From Neovahlkampfia damariscottae (taxonomy: Eukaryota): DNA of 64,000 nucleotides. Below the pieces are notes generated by a model. It was not told where the DNA came from, ran no database searches, and saw only the letters and a list, made by a program, of their open reading frames with translations. Shown here in pieces: positions 11,325-24,897 of this stretch (position 1 is the first letter of the stretch; every line of letters begins with the position of its first letter). The position numbers and the translations under genes were made by a program. The DNA lies in assembly GCA_016618085.1 (NCBI GenBank), contig JABLTG010000015.1, positions 124,001 through 188,000 on the forward strand, in the 5' to 3' direction.

Positions 11325-11721
11325 CTATTCAAAATACTTCATGATGTCTGGATGATCATCATCAAATTCACTTTCATTATCAGATTGATTGGCATCAGTT
11401 GAGAAAAGAGTTGGATCATTCGTGTAGTGCGTGTCATCAACAAATTTAACGCTGCTCAAATTGTAATTTGACTCTTTTGATTTTTTTCTTGTTTCAACTG
11501 ATTTTCGTTGAGTAGGAACTGGAATCTTATTCCATGATGAATATTTCTTCAAAGCATTAAAAAACTTTTGTGAAGGACTTGTTGTTTTTTTCAATTGAAA
11601 TTCTGTTTCTTTGTCTTTTGTTTTTTCATGTGGAATTTTATCCTATTGTTTAGTGGGAAGTTTTTCTTACGATTGAATCTTCAACATCAGTTGTACAGCT
11701 CTGAGGACAGTGAAAAAACAT
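11325..11721 (-). CDS. Small hypothetical protein, 1 intron
   Basis: ATG at 11721; a GTAAG...TAG intron joins to the 11325-11594 frame. Confidence 0.5.
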
Positions 11722-12056
11722 TTCGATGATTCAAATTGATTTCATTGGTCATTTTCCCCTTCAAATTACTAATTTGGGCTGTCAAACTTCAACGTTTAAA
11801 ATTTCTCTTTTTGAGTAAAAAAATTTGTTCAGACATATTAAACTAAATATAAGGAATCAGTTGAGTTAGTAAAACAAAAGGAATTTGAACTTGTTGTGGT
11901 AAATGGTGACTGGCTGATATTTTTGGGTTTATGAGAGTGTTATTGATGGAATCTACATTTCGACTTGAAAGTGAAATACAAACTTCAATCAACGAGGAAA
12001 ATGATTGAAAAATGTTAGTTGGATGAGTATTCAATATCAAATGATGTTACACACCA

Positions 12057-13972
12057 TTAAAGTTGACTTTCAACAAATACTCTTGTTTCAATAAAATTCA
12101 AATACCATCGTGTTGATCTAAATCTTGAAAAAGTATCCAACAAATTTTTAACAACTTCATCATAAATAACATCAAACATATCACTTTCATAATCATCATT
12201 ATCAATTCTATGTTTAATGTCAATTGACAATTGTTGAACTACGTTCACTTCAAGAGGAGCACTATATCCATTCAAATAATTGTTAAACATCTGACGAGCA
12301 AATTCTTCTTGTTCATCTCTTTTTAAATTTTGAAATAAGAGAATATCAAAATACATAAGATAATTCTCAGATGACCACTCAGAATCTGAAAATTTTTTGA
12401 ATAAATTGCATAACTCTTCATCATTCAGACAGTTAATAAGTGCTGCTTTTGAAGATTCTGATTGTGAATCTTTTTGTTTTTTTTTGCATAAACTGATGAA
12501 TTTCTTGATGATAGTGATCAATAAGACATAACCATTGAAGTAAAATACAGTTGAATAGAAAAATATTGAGAACAAAACTTCAAGAATATAATAAATAAAT
12601 ATCTGAAAAGGTGCCTGTTGAATGTCATTTTTGATTGGATCTAAAATAAAGATTGCCGAAAATCCATACAAAATAGTTATGATCATCATGACTACAATTG
12701 ATCCTCCAACTATCCATTGTTGACTTCTGAAATAGAATGGATCATCTTTACAACAAAGAGCTCTTAATCGACAACAAAATAATTGTTTGATCATTAGGAT
12801 GAAATCGATAAGATAAACTATAGCGACTGCGATAAAACTGACAAGTAAAATGGGCTCTACAAGTTCAGGTTTTGTCCTACAATCTCTTGTTCCGTTGGTG
12901 ATTAATTGATAAGCAAAAACTTCAACAACAATAAATAAATATAAAAGTGATGCTGAGATAACCATGAAAATGTCAGATGTCATATATTTCAAAAATAAAA
13001 TGAATCTAAAAAAAATTGATAATTTTCCTTTTTGATTTCTAATGTAGTTTTTGTTGTTATTTAATGTCAAAGTTAATGTGATTCTCAAACAATAAACTGA
13101 TAGTATAAAACATTGTGATGTGATAGTTGGAACATAACCAACACCTTGAAAAAAACAATAATACTTTTGTCTCCATTCCAATGTTTGAAAATGATAACCA
13201 AAATTTTGAAATAAGGACCAGTATCCAAATACAACAGCAATAATTGGAAAAATACCTCTTGACTTCAAAGGTTGGTCATTTCTGAAGTAAATAGTCAAAA
13301 AAATAAGAATAACATAAACAATTAAGAATCCAAAAAAAACATAAATATTTGTTTGTTCAAGGACCAACGGATAAATTGAATTCTCGAAACAGAAATTCTC
13401 CTCTTTTGAAAAATTTAACACGAAATTTTTTTTTACCTTTTTTTAGATCTCTGATGTCTACAAAATTGTGTTTTGGTATTACCCATTGCCCTCCTTCTGT
13501 TAAATATGGTTTTTCTTTATCATTTGAAACGATAATTAAATGATCAAAACTATTTGGATAAATCTGTTTTGAAATGTTCATAAAAAAGTTGTTTATGTTG
13601 AAAACCTCCCAGTAAGCTATTCCTTCGTATTTGTTTTCAACCTCTTTGGTTTCGTTTTGGTATAAATTTTGATGTTTTGGAAATACTAATGTTTTCAAAA
13701 CGTTTTGATGGTTGAAAATGATTAATAATGAAATACTTCCATCAATTGAACTATTTTTGGAAAATGAAAATGCACACCAACCGGTCAAACAACTAGGAAT
13801 TATTAAAATAATTTCTTTGGATTTACTTTTCAAACCGCAGTTTGAAATGATAGTTGGTTGTTGTATTTCTCCATGAAATATAATTGTTGCCAGCCAAGTA
13901 GCAGCGTTCTTGAGCTTGTATAGTTGTCAAAAAAGTTAAGCAAAGTGCAACAAAGTAAAACCAACGTTTCAT
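12057..13972 (-). CDS. Signal peptide + DOMON-like ectodomain + multi-pass (7TM-like) region + RGS domain, 2 introns
   Basis: MKRWFYFVALCLTFLTTIQA leader; GWCAFSFS; about 7 hydrophobic segments; RGS motifs FKKFSDSEWSSENYLMY, APLEVNV and DTFSRF. Confidence 0.8.
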
Positions 13973-14473
13973 TGGTGTAAAACAAGCCAATGAAAACTCT
14001 TCCAGTTTATGATTTTATTGTCTAAAAGGAGATTATTACTTTCACTTAGAATACTCTTGGATTCTGTTTCAAAGCTCTTGAAGAACTTGTTGAATGAGTA
14101 TTTTTTTTTTCATTTTTTCCTCACCAATGAAAAGAAAAATTTAATTCTGGCTCTTCAAAAGATCCAGTGACTGAAAAAAAACTTTATTAAATTAATAGAC
14201 ACAAATTACTATTTTAAATTTATTGACTTATATTTATTTAAAATTGGTTGAAAAATTTGTTGGAATTGAAATCTCCCTGTGATTTCTGATGAAAATGAAG
14301 AAAAATTTGATGATTCTATGGTTACTTTTTTGATGATTTTCAAGAAATATTCAAACCATATTCATATTTAAATTTACTTTATAGACACTTTCCACAATTG
14401 AAAATTATCAACACAAATCCACATTTGACATTAAATTCAATTTCAAATAAACTTGTAATCAAAATGAAACAAT

Positions 14474-16966
14474 TTACTTTTTTTTCTTTGATTTTTCAAT
14501 TTGTGAGTTTTTTCTCTTTAAATTTTTGATTGCTTTTTTGATTCGTTCACTCGAGATTTCTTCATTTGGTTTTTGTTTCACCAAATAATTTGAAATATTC
14601 TTTTGAACTTTTTTCGATTTCTCGTTGATTGGTTTCAGAAGTTGATCCAATTTATCTTTATCTATACTCATTTTTTCTTCTGCAAAAAGGTACAATTGAA
14701 TCATATTTCTTTCCTCAAATTTAATTTCATCCAAACATCGATCATCTATTAGTGGATTAACATAACCATCAATGATCAAAGGATTTGGGAAATCTTCTGG
14801 TAAGATAAACCTAGATTTTTGTTTGAACTTTAAAATTAGAAAAAAATATTGAATTACATATTTTGAATCAAATGTTCCCTTCTCAGGAGTTTTGAAATCT
14901 TTTACCCATGCTGACAAACTGTTCAATGATTCTAAAATATTGTCTTTTAAATTTTCATTTTCACTGTCAAATTGAGATGTAAATTCCATTGCTGTTACAA
15001 TTCCAACATTATGAACACCTATCGTATAATCAGAACCAAGGAACATTCCCATTTGTATCAACTTTGATCTATCCAAACCTAAAACTCGATTGATTGATTC
15101 CATTGAAAATAATTGTGGATTCTTATCTTTTCCAAATAGATGACGATAAACATTTGTAGCTCCGAATAGAAAGACATCAGAATCTTCTGTAATAACACCA
15201 TCAACAGCACCAACTATATTCAAAAATGAACATTGAGAATCAGCTTCATAAGGTGAATTAATGATTGGTAGTCCTAATATTTGTAACAATTCTTTGGTTT
15301 CCTCAATTAAATCATTTGATACTCTGGTTGATTGCTTTTCGATTTTGTTGAATTCTTCTCTCAATTGATTTGATTCACGTTCAAGAAATTGTCTTCTTTG
15401 ATCATCTTTGGTTGGAGTTCTAAAAATATTTTCTTGTTCATAAAGTGTTGTTGGTGATAAACCACTTTCATCTTCATTTTCTTCGTCACTTATTTCTTCA
15501 ATATCTTGTTTTGGTAATTCTATCTCCTCAGTTTTCTCATTGATTGGAGTGACTGTTTCATCATTATTTGTGTCATCTTGTATTTCTTGTATTTCAGTTT
15601 CATTTGATTCTTGGTGAATTTCTTCTTTAATTTTATTGGATTGAGTTGGAATGGTGATCATCTGTTGATGTGGGATTTGAATTTTTGGAATTGGTGATAT
15701 TTTAACATTGTCTTCTTCAATTGTAATAGTTTCTTTTCCATTGCTTGGTTTTGTTTCACCTGTCATTTCTTGAAATAAATCAATGAATTCTGATTTGTCA
15801 ATTTCATTATCTCCTAATTCGATATCTATTTCATCAAATTCTTCTTCATTTCCACCTATTGTTTCAAATTCTTCTTCTTCATTAGAATCAATTTCTATTG
15901 GAACTATCATTTTTCTATTTTCATCATCTTTCTCGTTTGAATCTTGAATCATTTCAAAATCATCATCTGAGTCATCATTTAAAGATGGAATTTCAATTTC
16001 AGATTTTTCAAAATCTTCTTTGTCAATTACTTGAATATCATCATCTATTTTTAAAAATTCAGGACTTTCCATTGATGTAACAACACTTTCTTGTGATTTG
16101 TCAATTAGATAATAACTTGTGCTTGAATTTGAAGCTAAATTTCCTTTTGATATTACACCATCCTCTTTATCAAAAACTATATTTGATATTTTTTTCTTCA
16201 TTTGACTCCTTTTAAGGAAATTGGATAACGAATTTTGAGAAATATCTTCAGGTGAAGAAAAATTGGATTGTGGAGACATTTGATATCTTTGAAGCTTCAA
16301 TTGATTATATACTTCAATTTGTATATCTTTTGGTAAAGCTTTAATAAATTCTTCATCCACTTGATCTGTCAATTGACATAAGATTTCATGTGCTTGAATT
16401 TCTCTTTCTATTTTATCATCTTGTTTCTTTTTCATTTCTAATAAAAAAGATTCCAGACTTTCATCAATTTGAGAATCATATTCTTTAAGTAATGAAGCCC
16501 TTACATCATCAGGTGATGGCTCAATTGTTTCTTCTTCATTTTCCAAAGATGATTTCTCAAGTTTATTCAAAGCTAATTTTCTAGCAATTTTTATCAATTT
16601 AATTTGATCTTTTTCCATTCCTTTCTTTCTGTTTTCCTTTAAAAAAGATTAAAAAAATTTTTCACAAACAATTGTTCTTTTTTTCAATTCAGGAGTTTTT
16701 CCGTCAAATACAAAAACAGGTTTTACTCCGTGAAATAATAAAGTACAAACTCGATGAAATAGAACTTTCAAATACAATCTATTATCATCTTCTTGTTCAA
16801 CAGGTGTTCCTTTTACAATTTGATTCAACCAAACAGAAATATCTAATTAAAGAATTGTTAACAAAATTTTTTTATTACCAACAGCAAGTTTTTTATCATT
16901 TAAAGCTTCTAAGGATATTTTTTGAGCAGCTGGTGATAATAAACTCCACAAGTTTTGAACACCCAT
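14474..16966 (-). CDS. ERCC5: XPG/Rad2 structure-specific endonuclease, 3 introns
   Basis: MGVQNLW..LAVDISVW..PVFVFDG N-domain; SPYEADSQC, TEDSDVFLFG and LGSDYT I-domain; long acidic spacer. Confidence 0.9.
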
Positions 16967-17030
16967 TTTTTTGAGAGTTCAAAGAATGATTTCATTGGAT
17001 AATTTATAAATAATACTTCAAATGTTTATT

Positions 17031-19217
17031 TTACAATGGAGCGAAATAATCTCTTGAAGAAAATAAAAATTGTAAATCTTCAAATGATAATTTATCAGAA
17101 CCACTGGGTTTTAATTCACCTAATGTTTCATCTGCGATTCTTTGTTTCTTCATTTGTAAATACATAATTTTTTTTTCAATAGAACGTTCAACAAGAAATT
17201 TGTAAATTTCAACTTGTTTTTCTTGACCAATTCTATGCGTACGATCAATAGCTTGTAATTCAATCATTGGATTCCACCAAGGATCACAAAATAAAACATG
17301 ATTTGCTTCACTAAGATTTAGACCAACACCGCATGCATGCAATGAAAGAAGTGCTATTTTACATTCATCTTGTTCTTTAAACTTTTTTAACATATCATCT
17401 CTCGTCGAAGAATCCATAGATCCATCAATCCTAACATAATTACTGTATTCTTTTTTCAATGGTACTTGAATCAAATCAAGGAATTGTGTCCATTGTGAAA
17501 AAATGATCATTTTATCATTTGGATATTTCTCATGTATTTCATGTAATTTTTCCATGATTGCTTTGGTTTTTGATGAATGATAAAAATTTTGGAGAAATTT
17601 AGGTTTTGTTGAAAATGGTTTGAAATCTTCTTCTTTGATGATTTCACCACAACTTGGACATTTATCATCCAAAGTCAGGTATGCTTCAATACATTCATTA
17701 CAAAATACATGATTACATGCTGTTATAACACCTTCTACAATTTTATGACGACACTCTGGACATTTGAATTTTGGCATTTTTTTTCGTTCTTCTTCAGAAC
17801 CTGTTTCTTCAACAATCAAATTTGGATGATCACAAATTTGTCTTAATCTTAAAATTTTAGTTAAAAAGTAAAAATAATTCTTCAATATAACATCTTTTCC
17901 TTGTGTCAACAAATTGTTAAATTCGATTTGGGCATCTCTAAGAATTTCATCATAAGTTTGACTTTCTGCATCAGTAAATTTAACAACAATTTCTGTGAAA
18001 TTCTTATCTGGTAAATCTAAGATTCTTTCACCCTTTTCATTTTTTGATTGTTTAGTTCTCCTTAAAAGTATCTTTTTGATGACTTGCTGAAAAAATATTA
18101 AATGAATCAACCAATTACATTGACAGACGCAGTGAATTCGTTTCCTGTTCTCTCTGATAATTCATTGAAAACTACTCTATCATCATACGGTTTATATTTC
18201 AAAAATTTGAATAATGAGTAAATATCAATGGTTGAATTTTGCACAGGTGTTCCTGTGAGACACCAACGATATTTTGATTTCAATTCACAAATTCCTTTGG
18301 CTCTTAGAGTATTTGGATTCTTAATTGCATGAGCTTCATCCAATACAATCCTATTCCAATTCACATTGAAGAGATGATAGTGTTTATTTGGAACTTGATT
18401 AACTTTTGCTTTGTATTCACTTACAACAGTTCCATAAGTTGTTATAACAAAATCTATGGTGGTTAATGTTTCACTGTCGTTTTTTTTGCTTCCATGATAT
18501 ATTTCAGTGTCATAATCTTTTTTTAAATGTTTTTTGATTTCTTGTGCCCACTGTTAAAAGTTGAAAAGTTAATTTTTAAAAACAGGATTTACTTGAGTTT
18601 TTAGACTTGAAGGAACTATAATCAAGGTATTTTGATGCTTTTCTGTGGAACAAAGTGCAAGAATTTCCAACTGAAAAAAATTAACTTTTTTTTTTTTCTG
18701 TTCAAACCGTTTTTCCAAGACCCATATCATCAGCTAAAATACCACCTTTTCTTTTTGAATCTTCTTGATTTTTCATCCAGTATAAAGCTTGTTTTTGATG
18801 AGTCTTCAAAACTGATTTCAAAGAATCTTTTGGTGCTTCAAGTTCAGGAAGAAGTAGACTTTCCATTCTTGTAGTAGTCAAATTTTCTAAAACTTTTTCA
18901 CCTTGTTCTGTTGGTTTTTGTGGAACTATATCATCTTCATTTTCATCATCTCCTGCAGTTTTGATTAATTTTGGTTGTTGAGTCGCTGGTTGTTGTAAAA
19001 TGTTTGGTTTATATTTGAGTTCTGGTTTTATTGTGATTTTTGGTTTTGTTTTAATCTCAGTTTTTGGTAAAACTTTGACTGTTGGGAAATCATCAGTGAG
19101 ATCAATTTCTGATTTTACATCGTTTGTTAAATCAACATTTTTGAATGTTTGTTTTTTAATTTTTGGTGGTTCATCATCTTCTATGATGAAAATTTCACGT
19201 TCTCTTTCTCTTTTCAT
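17031..19217 (-). CDS. SNF2-family ATPase with inserted RING finger (RAD5/RAD16-like), 3 introns
   Basis: GGILADDMGLGKT, LDEAH, LTGTPVQN, C3HC4 RING, GVGLNL, QAIDRTHRIGQ. Confidence 0.92.
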
Positions 19218-19248
19218 GTGTTGTTTTTTTTGAAGATTGTAAAAATAA

Positions 19249-19253
19249 CCAAT
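19249..19253. promoter_or_regulatory. CCAAT box in the 66-nt divergent spacer between the SNF2-RING and kinase genes
   Basis: AACCAATCAG lies midway between ATGs at 19217(-) and 19284(+); the same motif precedes most genes in the window. Confidence 0.6.
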
Positions 19254-19283
19254 CAGAGAAGAAGATATTTGAAGTTGTTAAAA

Positions 19284-22200
19284 ATGTCCAACGACAGTGG
19301 AGTATTCAAATTTCTTTACTTATGTTTATCTTTAGGTTTTAGTTCACATTTTAAAACTTGAAGACTTAGCTCCGAATCCTTTTGGATCTGAAACTGTAAA
19401 TCCTTCAGTTTCAATAAAATGTGGATCAACTTTAGAGAGCACAACCATCAAAAAGAAAACATTCAATCCAACATTCGGAGAAGTCTTCTTTTTTCAAGTA
19501 AAATTTCAAATTCAATTAAAAAAAAGATTACTGACACAAACACAATATTAAACCTTGAAGTAAAGGACAATCAAACAAGTTTATTTAAGAAACGTTCATT
19601 TTTTCTTGGTTCAATTGATGTTAAATTAAAAGAAGTTTATTTGAACGAAAAAATTGATTTCAAACTTCAACTGGAAAGAGTCCAAAAAGGAACCATTTTT
19701 TTGTCAATACAAAGCTTAAATTTTAATAAAACAAGACCTAAATCTGAAATAAAACCAATTTTAAAAGAAAATTCAGCAACACCGAAAAGATATCAAAGTG
19801 ATTCTTTTTTTGAAAATTTCGAAGATGAAGAAAAAAACTCAAAAGTATCAAGATATGAAATTGAGACAAAGATAGGTAAAGGTGGTATGGGTACAGTTTA
19901 CAAAGCAAGAGATATACAAAAAGATCGAGTAGTTGCTTTGAAAAAGGTGATTTGTGAAGATTCATTTTCTTTGAATCAAGCAATGAAGGAAGTCACTCCA
20001 ATGTTGAAAATATCACATGAAAACTTAGTAAAATATACAGATTTCTATTTTGATGATCAATTCTCTCTTTGTATAGTTATGGATTTTTATGAAAATGGAG
20101 ATTTAGATCAATACTTGAAAAGTAATGAAATTTCAAAAGATTCAAAAATTTCATTCATGAAACAGTTGACATATGGTGTTCATAATTTGCATAAGAATAA
20201 TTTAGTTCACAGAGATTTGAAGCAAGAGAATATATTTCTGTGTGAAAATTTCACAAAATGTAAAATAGGTGATTTTGGTCTCGTAAAAGATATTTCACAA
20301 TCAATTGCGAAAACTTTCGCTGGAACACAGGTAAATATTGATTTTATTAACTTTTATTTTCTCCAGAAATATATGGCACCGGAGTTATTTGAAGATTGCC
20401 AGAAACAAGAAATCAAATTTGGAAAAGAAGCAGATATTTGGAGTTTAGGAGTAATATTTTTCGAAATTTGCACAAAAGATTTCAAGAAACCATTATATAT
20501 TGAATGTTTTAAAAATGAAGATGAATTCAGTGCAATGGTGAAAAATGAAATTTCAAAAAATTTTTCACAAAGCATTACTGAAACTATTGTGAATATGTTA
20601 AAAAGAAATCCATCTGACAGACCGACAACAAATGATATAATCAAAGCATTAAACACTAAAGACGAAGAAAAAGTTGAAAAAATTGAAAGTGAAATGAAGG
20701 AAGAAGATTTACAAGTTGTCAATTTATCAAAATTTGAAAACTCTCCTGTAAGTCGATACGGTCATTCTATGACACTTTATTCAGATTCTATATACATGTA
20801 AGAACAATTGTTCAAAAATATTAAATGTTAATAGTTTTGGAGGTGTTTACTATGAATTGGATCAATTGATCACCAAAAATCAAATGAATTTTTTGAATGA
20901 TATATTGATTTTTAACATTTCAAAACAAAAATGGATGAATGTGAAAATTCAAGGTGAGAAACCTTCAGGAAGACATTTTCATTCTGGAATTATCTCTCAA
21001 AATAAGTTATACATATTTGGTGGTAAAGCCAATGGTTATAAAAATGATCATTATTCTTTTGATTTGAATCTTCATTGTTGGACTGAAATCAAACCGAACA
21101 AACAAGGTGATAGATATCCCGCACAACGATATGGTCATGTGGGAGTTTCTTACAAAAATTTTAACTATATTCATGGAGGCTTTGATGCTGATGCGTTTTC
21201 ATGCTCAGATTTATTTCAGTTTGATTGTGGTAAGTAAAAAATTCAAAATTTTGATAAATTTTATCAGAAACTGAAACATGGAAAGAAATTGAAACAAAAA
21301 ATCCACCAAAAGGAAGATTTCATCATAAAGCATTGATGAATGAAGGCAAAATGTTCATTGTAGGTGGTATTCAATCAGGAACTACATATTTAAATGATTG
21401 TTGGATGATTGATTTAGAAACGTTTGAATGGACTGAAATTCAATATCATTCTCCTTTCATTCCACAACCGAGATATGGAAATCAACTATTTAGTCATTTC
21501 AATAACTTATATTTATTTGGAGGTTGTAATAAAAATCATGATTTCTCAGAAATTCTTAAATTAGATTTGAAAACGTTTGAATGGACAAATGAAGAAAAAG
21601 ATTTTGATTTATTGGAAACAACAGGAACATGTTATACTGGAATAGTTTTGAACAAAAATATTGTTTATTTCTATGGTGGAAATATCAAAGAGTTTGAAAC
21701 TGAAAGAGATTTTTTGAATGAGATTACAAAATCATTGGGAAAACAAGTCCCTGAAAAGTTGAAATATTTGATTCATTTGAAGTATTCCACAATCGAAGAA
21801 AGATCAACTAGAATGTTAAAGAAAATTCCAAAACCGAAAAATGAAATCTTCATGAGGTCAAATGAATTATTGAATCAAATGCTTCCAAAGAAATTACCAA
21901 AGAAGACAATACTTAACTGTATGTGTATTGGTGATCAATCAATTGGAAAAACTTCATTTTTGTACCGTGTATTGTGTGAAGAATTTCCTTTGAATAATGT
22001 ACCTAAAACCATTGATTCATTCACGAAAAATATTATCATATTGAACAAACAATATTCATTGAATATGATGGATTTTGATTCAATTCAAACATTGAAAATA
22101 CAAGGAGATCATTTAGATATTGTTTTTCTTTGTTTTTCAGTTGATTCCATCGAAAGTTATGAAAATGTTTTCAATCAATGGAATCAAATTCTACAAAAAT

Positions 22201-22433
22201 ATGCACCAAAATGTTTGAAGATACTATGTGGATTTAAATATGATTTGAAAAGAAATGAGGAATATTTGAATGAGTTGATCATGAAAAATGAAATTTACAT
22301 CACACAAAAAGAAGCAGTAGGATTGGCCAAGTCCATTGATTGCTCAACTTATTTAGAAATATCATCTATTACTGGGGAAGGAATTGAAAATGCTTTGAAA
22401 TGTTCAATATTCTCCTTTATCCTCAAGAAATAG
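19284..22433 (+). CDS. C2 domain - Ser/Thr kinase (NEK-like) - Kelch repeats - Rho-like GTPase domain fusion, 5 introns
   Basis: Short GT-AG introns link all ORF pieces in frame. Motifs: KKTFNPTFGEVF; GKGGMG/HRDLKQEN/DFG/APE; repeated R.GH...FGG; GDQSIGKTS...FLCFSVDS..S..NV..W. Confidence 0.82.
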
Positions 22434-22519
22434 GAACTTCACAACTTATGAACATTTATTCACTGAAAATTGTATTTTTTGACAAAATTGAAGTATATTG
22501 CACTGAGAAGTGAAAATCT

Positions 22520-24832
22520 TTATTCTTGCTTTTCTTTTTCCAAAATTTGATTCAATAAATTTTGTAAATCAGAAGAAGCATCTGATATTTCATCCATTTG
22601 TTCTTCATCTTCTCCAATATTTATTTGATTTGAAGTATTTTCAGAAGTTATTGATTGAGAAATAATTTCATCTTTTTCAGTGATAGGATATTCTTTTTTC
22701 TTAATTTTATAATCTTCAATCACTAACTTCTTCACAGGTTCTTCTGGCAATAATTTTTCAGGAATGATTGTTTTTGGAATGGCAATCGGAACCTCTTCTT
22801 TGATTGGTTTATTTTGTTCAATTTCTACGTCACTCGAAAAATCAATGACCATACTTCTTGGTGAATTACTTCCTTCTTCTTTTTTTTTCTTTTTGTATGA
22901 ATCTTGTGGTCTTAATTTTACATTTCCAATTGGAAATGGATCTGATTCAACAAAAACATCATTTTCAAAACCTTCTTGATTTTGATAAAATCTGACAACA
23001 TATCTTCCTTTGGAAACTGCTTTAAAAACGACAACTTTATCTTTTTCTGTCACTGAAATAAACTGATCAAAATCATATGATTCTGAACCTATTTTGTATA
23101 ATGCAACCCATGCTGCACTCCAATCTGGATATATATTTTCAATATAAAGTCCAACTATGACTTTTGAACCTTTGATTACAATATCCAATCTATCTTTTCT
23201 AATGAGTAAAACTCTTTGTTGGTAAACAAATTTTGAATCCAATGATTCATCTAAAAACAATCTGACATCATATTTTCCATCTTTTTTCATTCTAAATTCT
23301 AAATTATCATCATCATCAACATTTGCAATGTAAAGATAATTGTAAGGGCGTGTTTCACCAGCATTGTAAATTCCAATCACCGGTTTGGTATTTCTTGTGA
23401 CAATGAGGGGTTTAATAGTGATTCCTAATGATTTTACTGATACTTTGAATTTATCTTCAAGTATCAAATTGGAGCTTTCTGATATACAGAAATTGGAAAT
23501 GAAAAATTTAGCAACATAACTTCCAACTTGTTTTGGTTTTGCAAAAGTAACTCTGCCGATCGGTTTCAATCCAAAATTCTTCATCCAAACAGGATTTTCT
23601 GCTTTTTCAGTTTCAATCACTTTGTTGGTGTCTTTAAGGACCAATGATATTGATGCATCTTTGATGTCCCTTCCAAAGACTTTTTCCCATTCAACTTCAA
23701 TTTTTGTCTTATTTTCAAGTGGATCCATGTCAGTTCTGATAGATAACTTGACAATCGGACCAACATGAAAATCATGTGATATTGCGATTTGATTGTATCG
23801 ATAATCAAATAATCTGAAATTATAAACTCCTATGATGATTGGTAATTGAAATTCAATTGACAATTCTCTTCCATTTCTTTGTTGTTTAGGATATGAATTA
23901 ATATAGAAATATTTCATATATTGACGATCTGGTTGATCTCTCAAATAAAAACCAATCCAATGCCAATCAGATATTTCTGTTTCCTTTTTTGGTAAAATAA
24001 TGGTCAAAGTCATTGGAGTTCCTTCAATATACTTTGATTCTTGAACGAACAATTCATAAGGTGGTAACATTTCTTCCCATGTAGATATTCTTTTTGAGAT
24101 ATCTTCTGTTTTCTTTTCTTCAATTTTTTCTTCTTTCTTTAGAACTTTGTAGATTAAAGATTTTTCAAAATATTCCTCTTTAACAGATTTAATTTATCAT
24201 TATTTTACTGATTTTAAATATAAACTCTTCTTTTAATAATAACTCTTCGATGATGTCGAACACAAAATTATTTGAATTTCCTTGGTTGATTGTTTTAAAT
24301 TCTTTTTTTATTTTTTTTTCATTAGAGTACATAACATTCAAATTCCAATGTACAATAATTTCCACCATGATTTCTAAAATATCTTCTGATGAAATTGGAT
24401 CCATCTGTATAACTTTTGTTTCTGGTGTTATATCTTGTTCTTCATTCAGCAAACGAGGAAAACAAATGGAATTCTCGTTGTAATTCAATATCCTAAATGT
24501 AAAAATAAAAAAACAAAAAAACAAACCATGAATCAAACTAAGTTCAATGATTAATTTGAAAAAATTCTTACAACGATAGATGGAACAAATTGTGTGTCGT
24601 CCAGAAATTCATTTTGTTTTATTAAATATGGTGATATGAAATCTTTGAATTGTACAGTTTCTTCTTGTGATTTTGCGTTGAAAATAATTAAGAGTGAAAT
24701 TTTATCTTCTCCTGTGGAAAGAAAATGTTTTTTGAAAATTTTTTCATCTCCTAATGCCAAGGACATTTGTTCAAGTTGATCCACAGTCAAATATTTTTGA
24801 AAACTGGAAATTTTTTTCTTCAAGTTGTTCAT
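22520..24832 (-). CDS. Protein with repeated SKICH-like Ig-fold modules; 11-nt micro-exon 24527-24537
   Basis: Repeats of WIGFY/VIGIY/WVALY followed by G.Y..R.F; three introns join the ORF pieces. Confidence 0.6.
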
Positions 24833-24897
24833 GATGGTGTGGAACCTGATTGGTGGAAAATTATAATCCAATCATATATCCAAGGAGAAAACAGATT

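Noticed and set aside
14009..14144. Short + strand ORF with a possible intron between the RGS and XPG genes
   Set aside because: About 32 codons, no motif, and the opposite strand is equally open.
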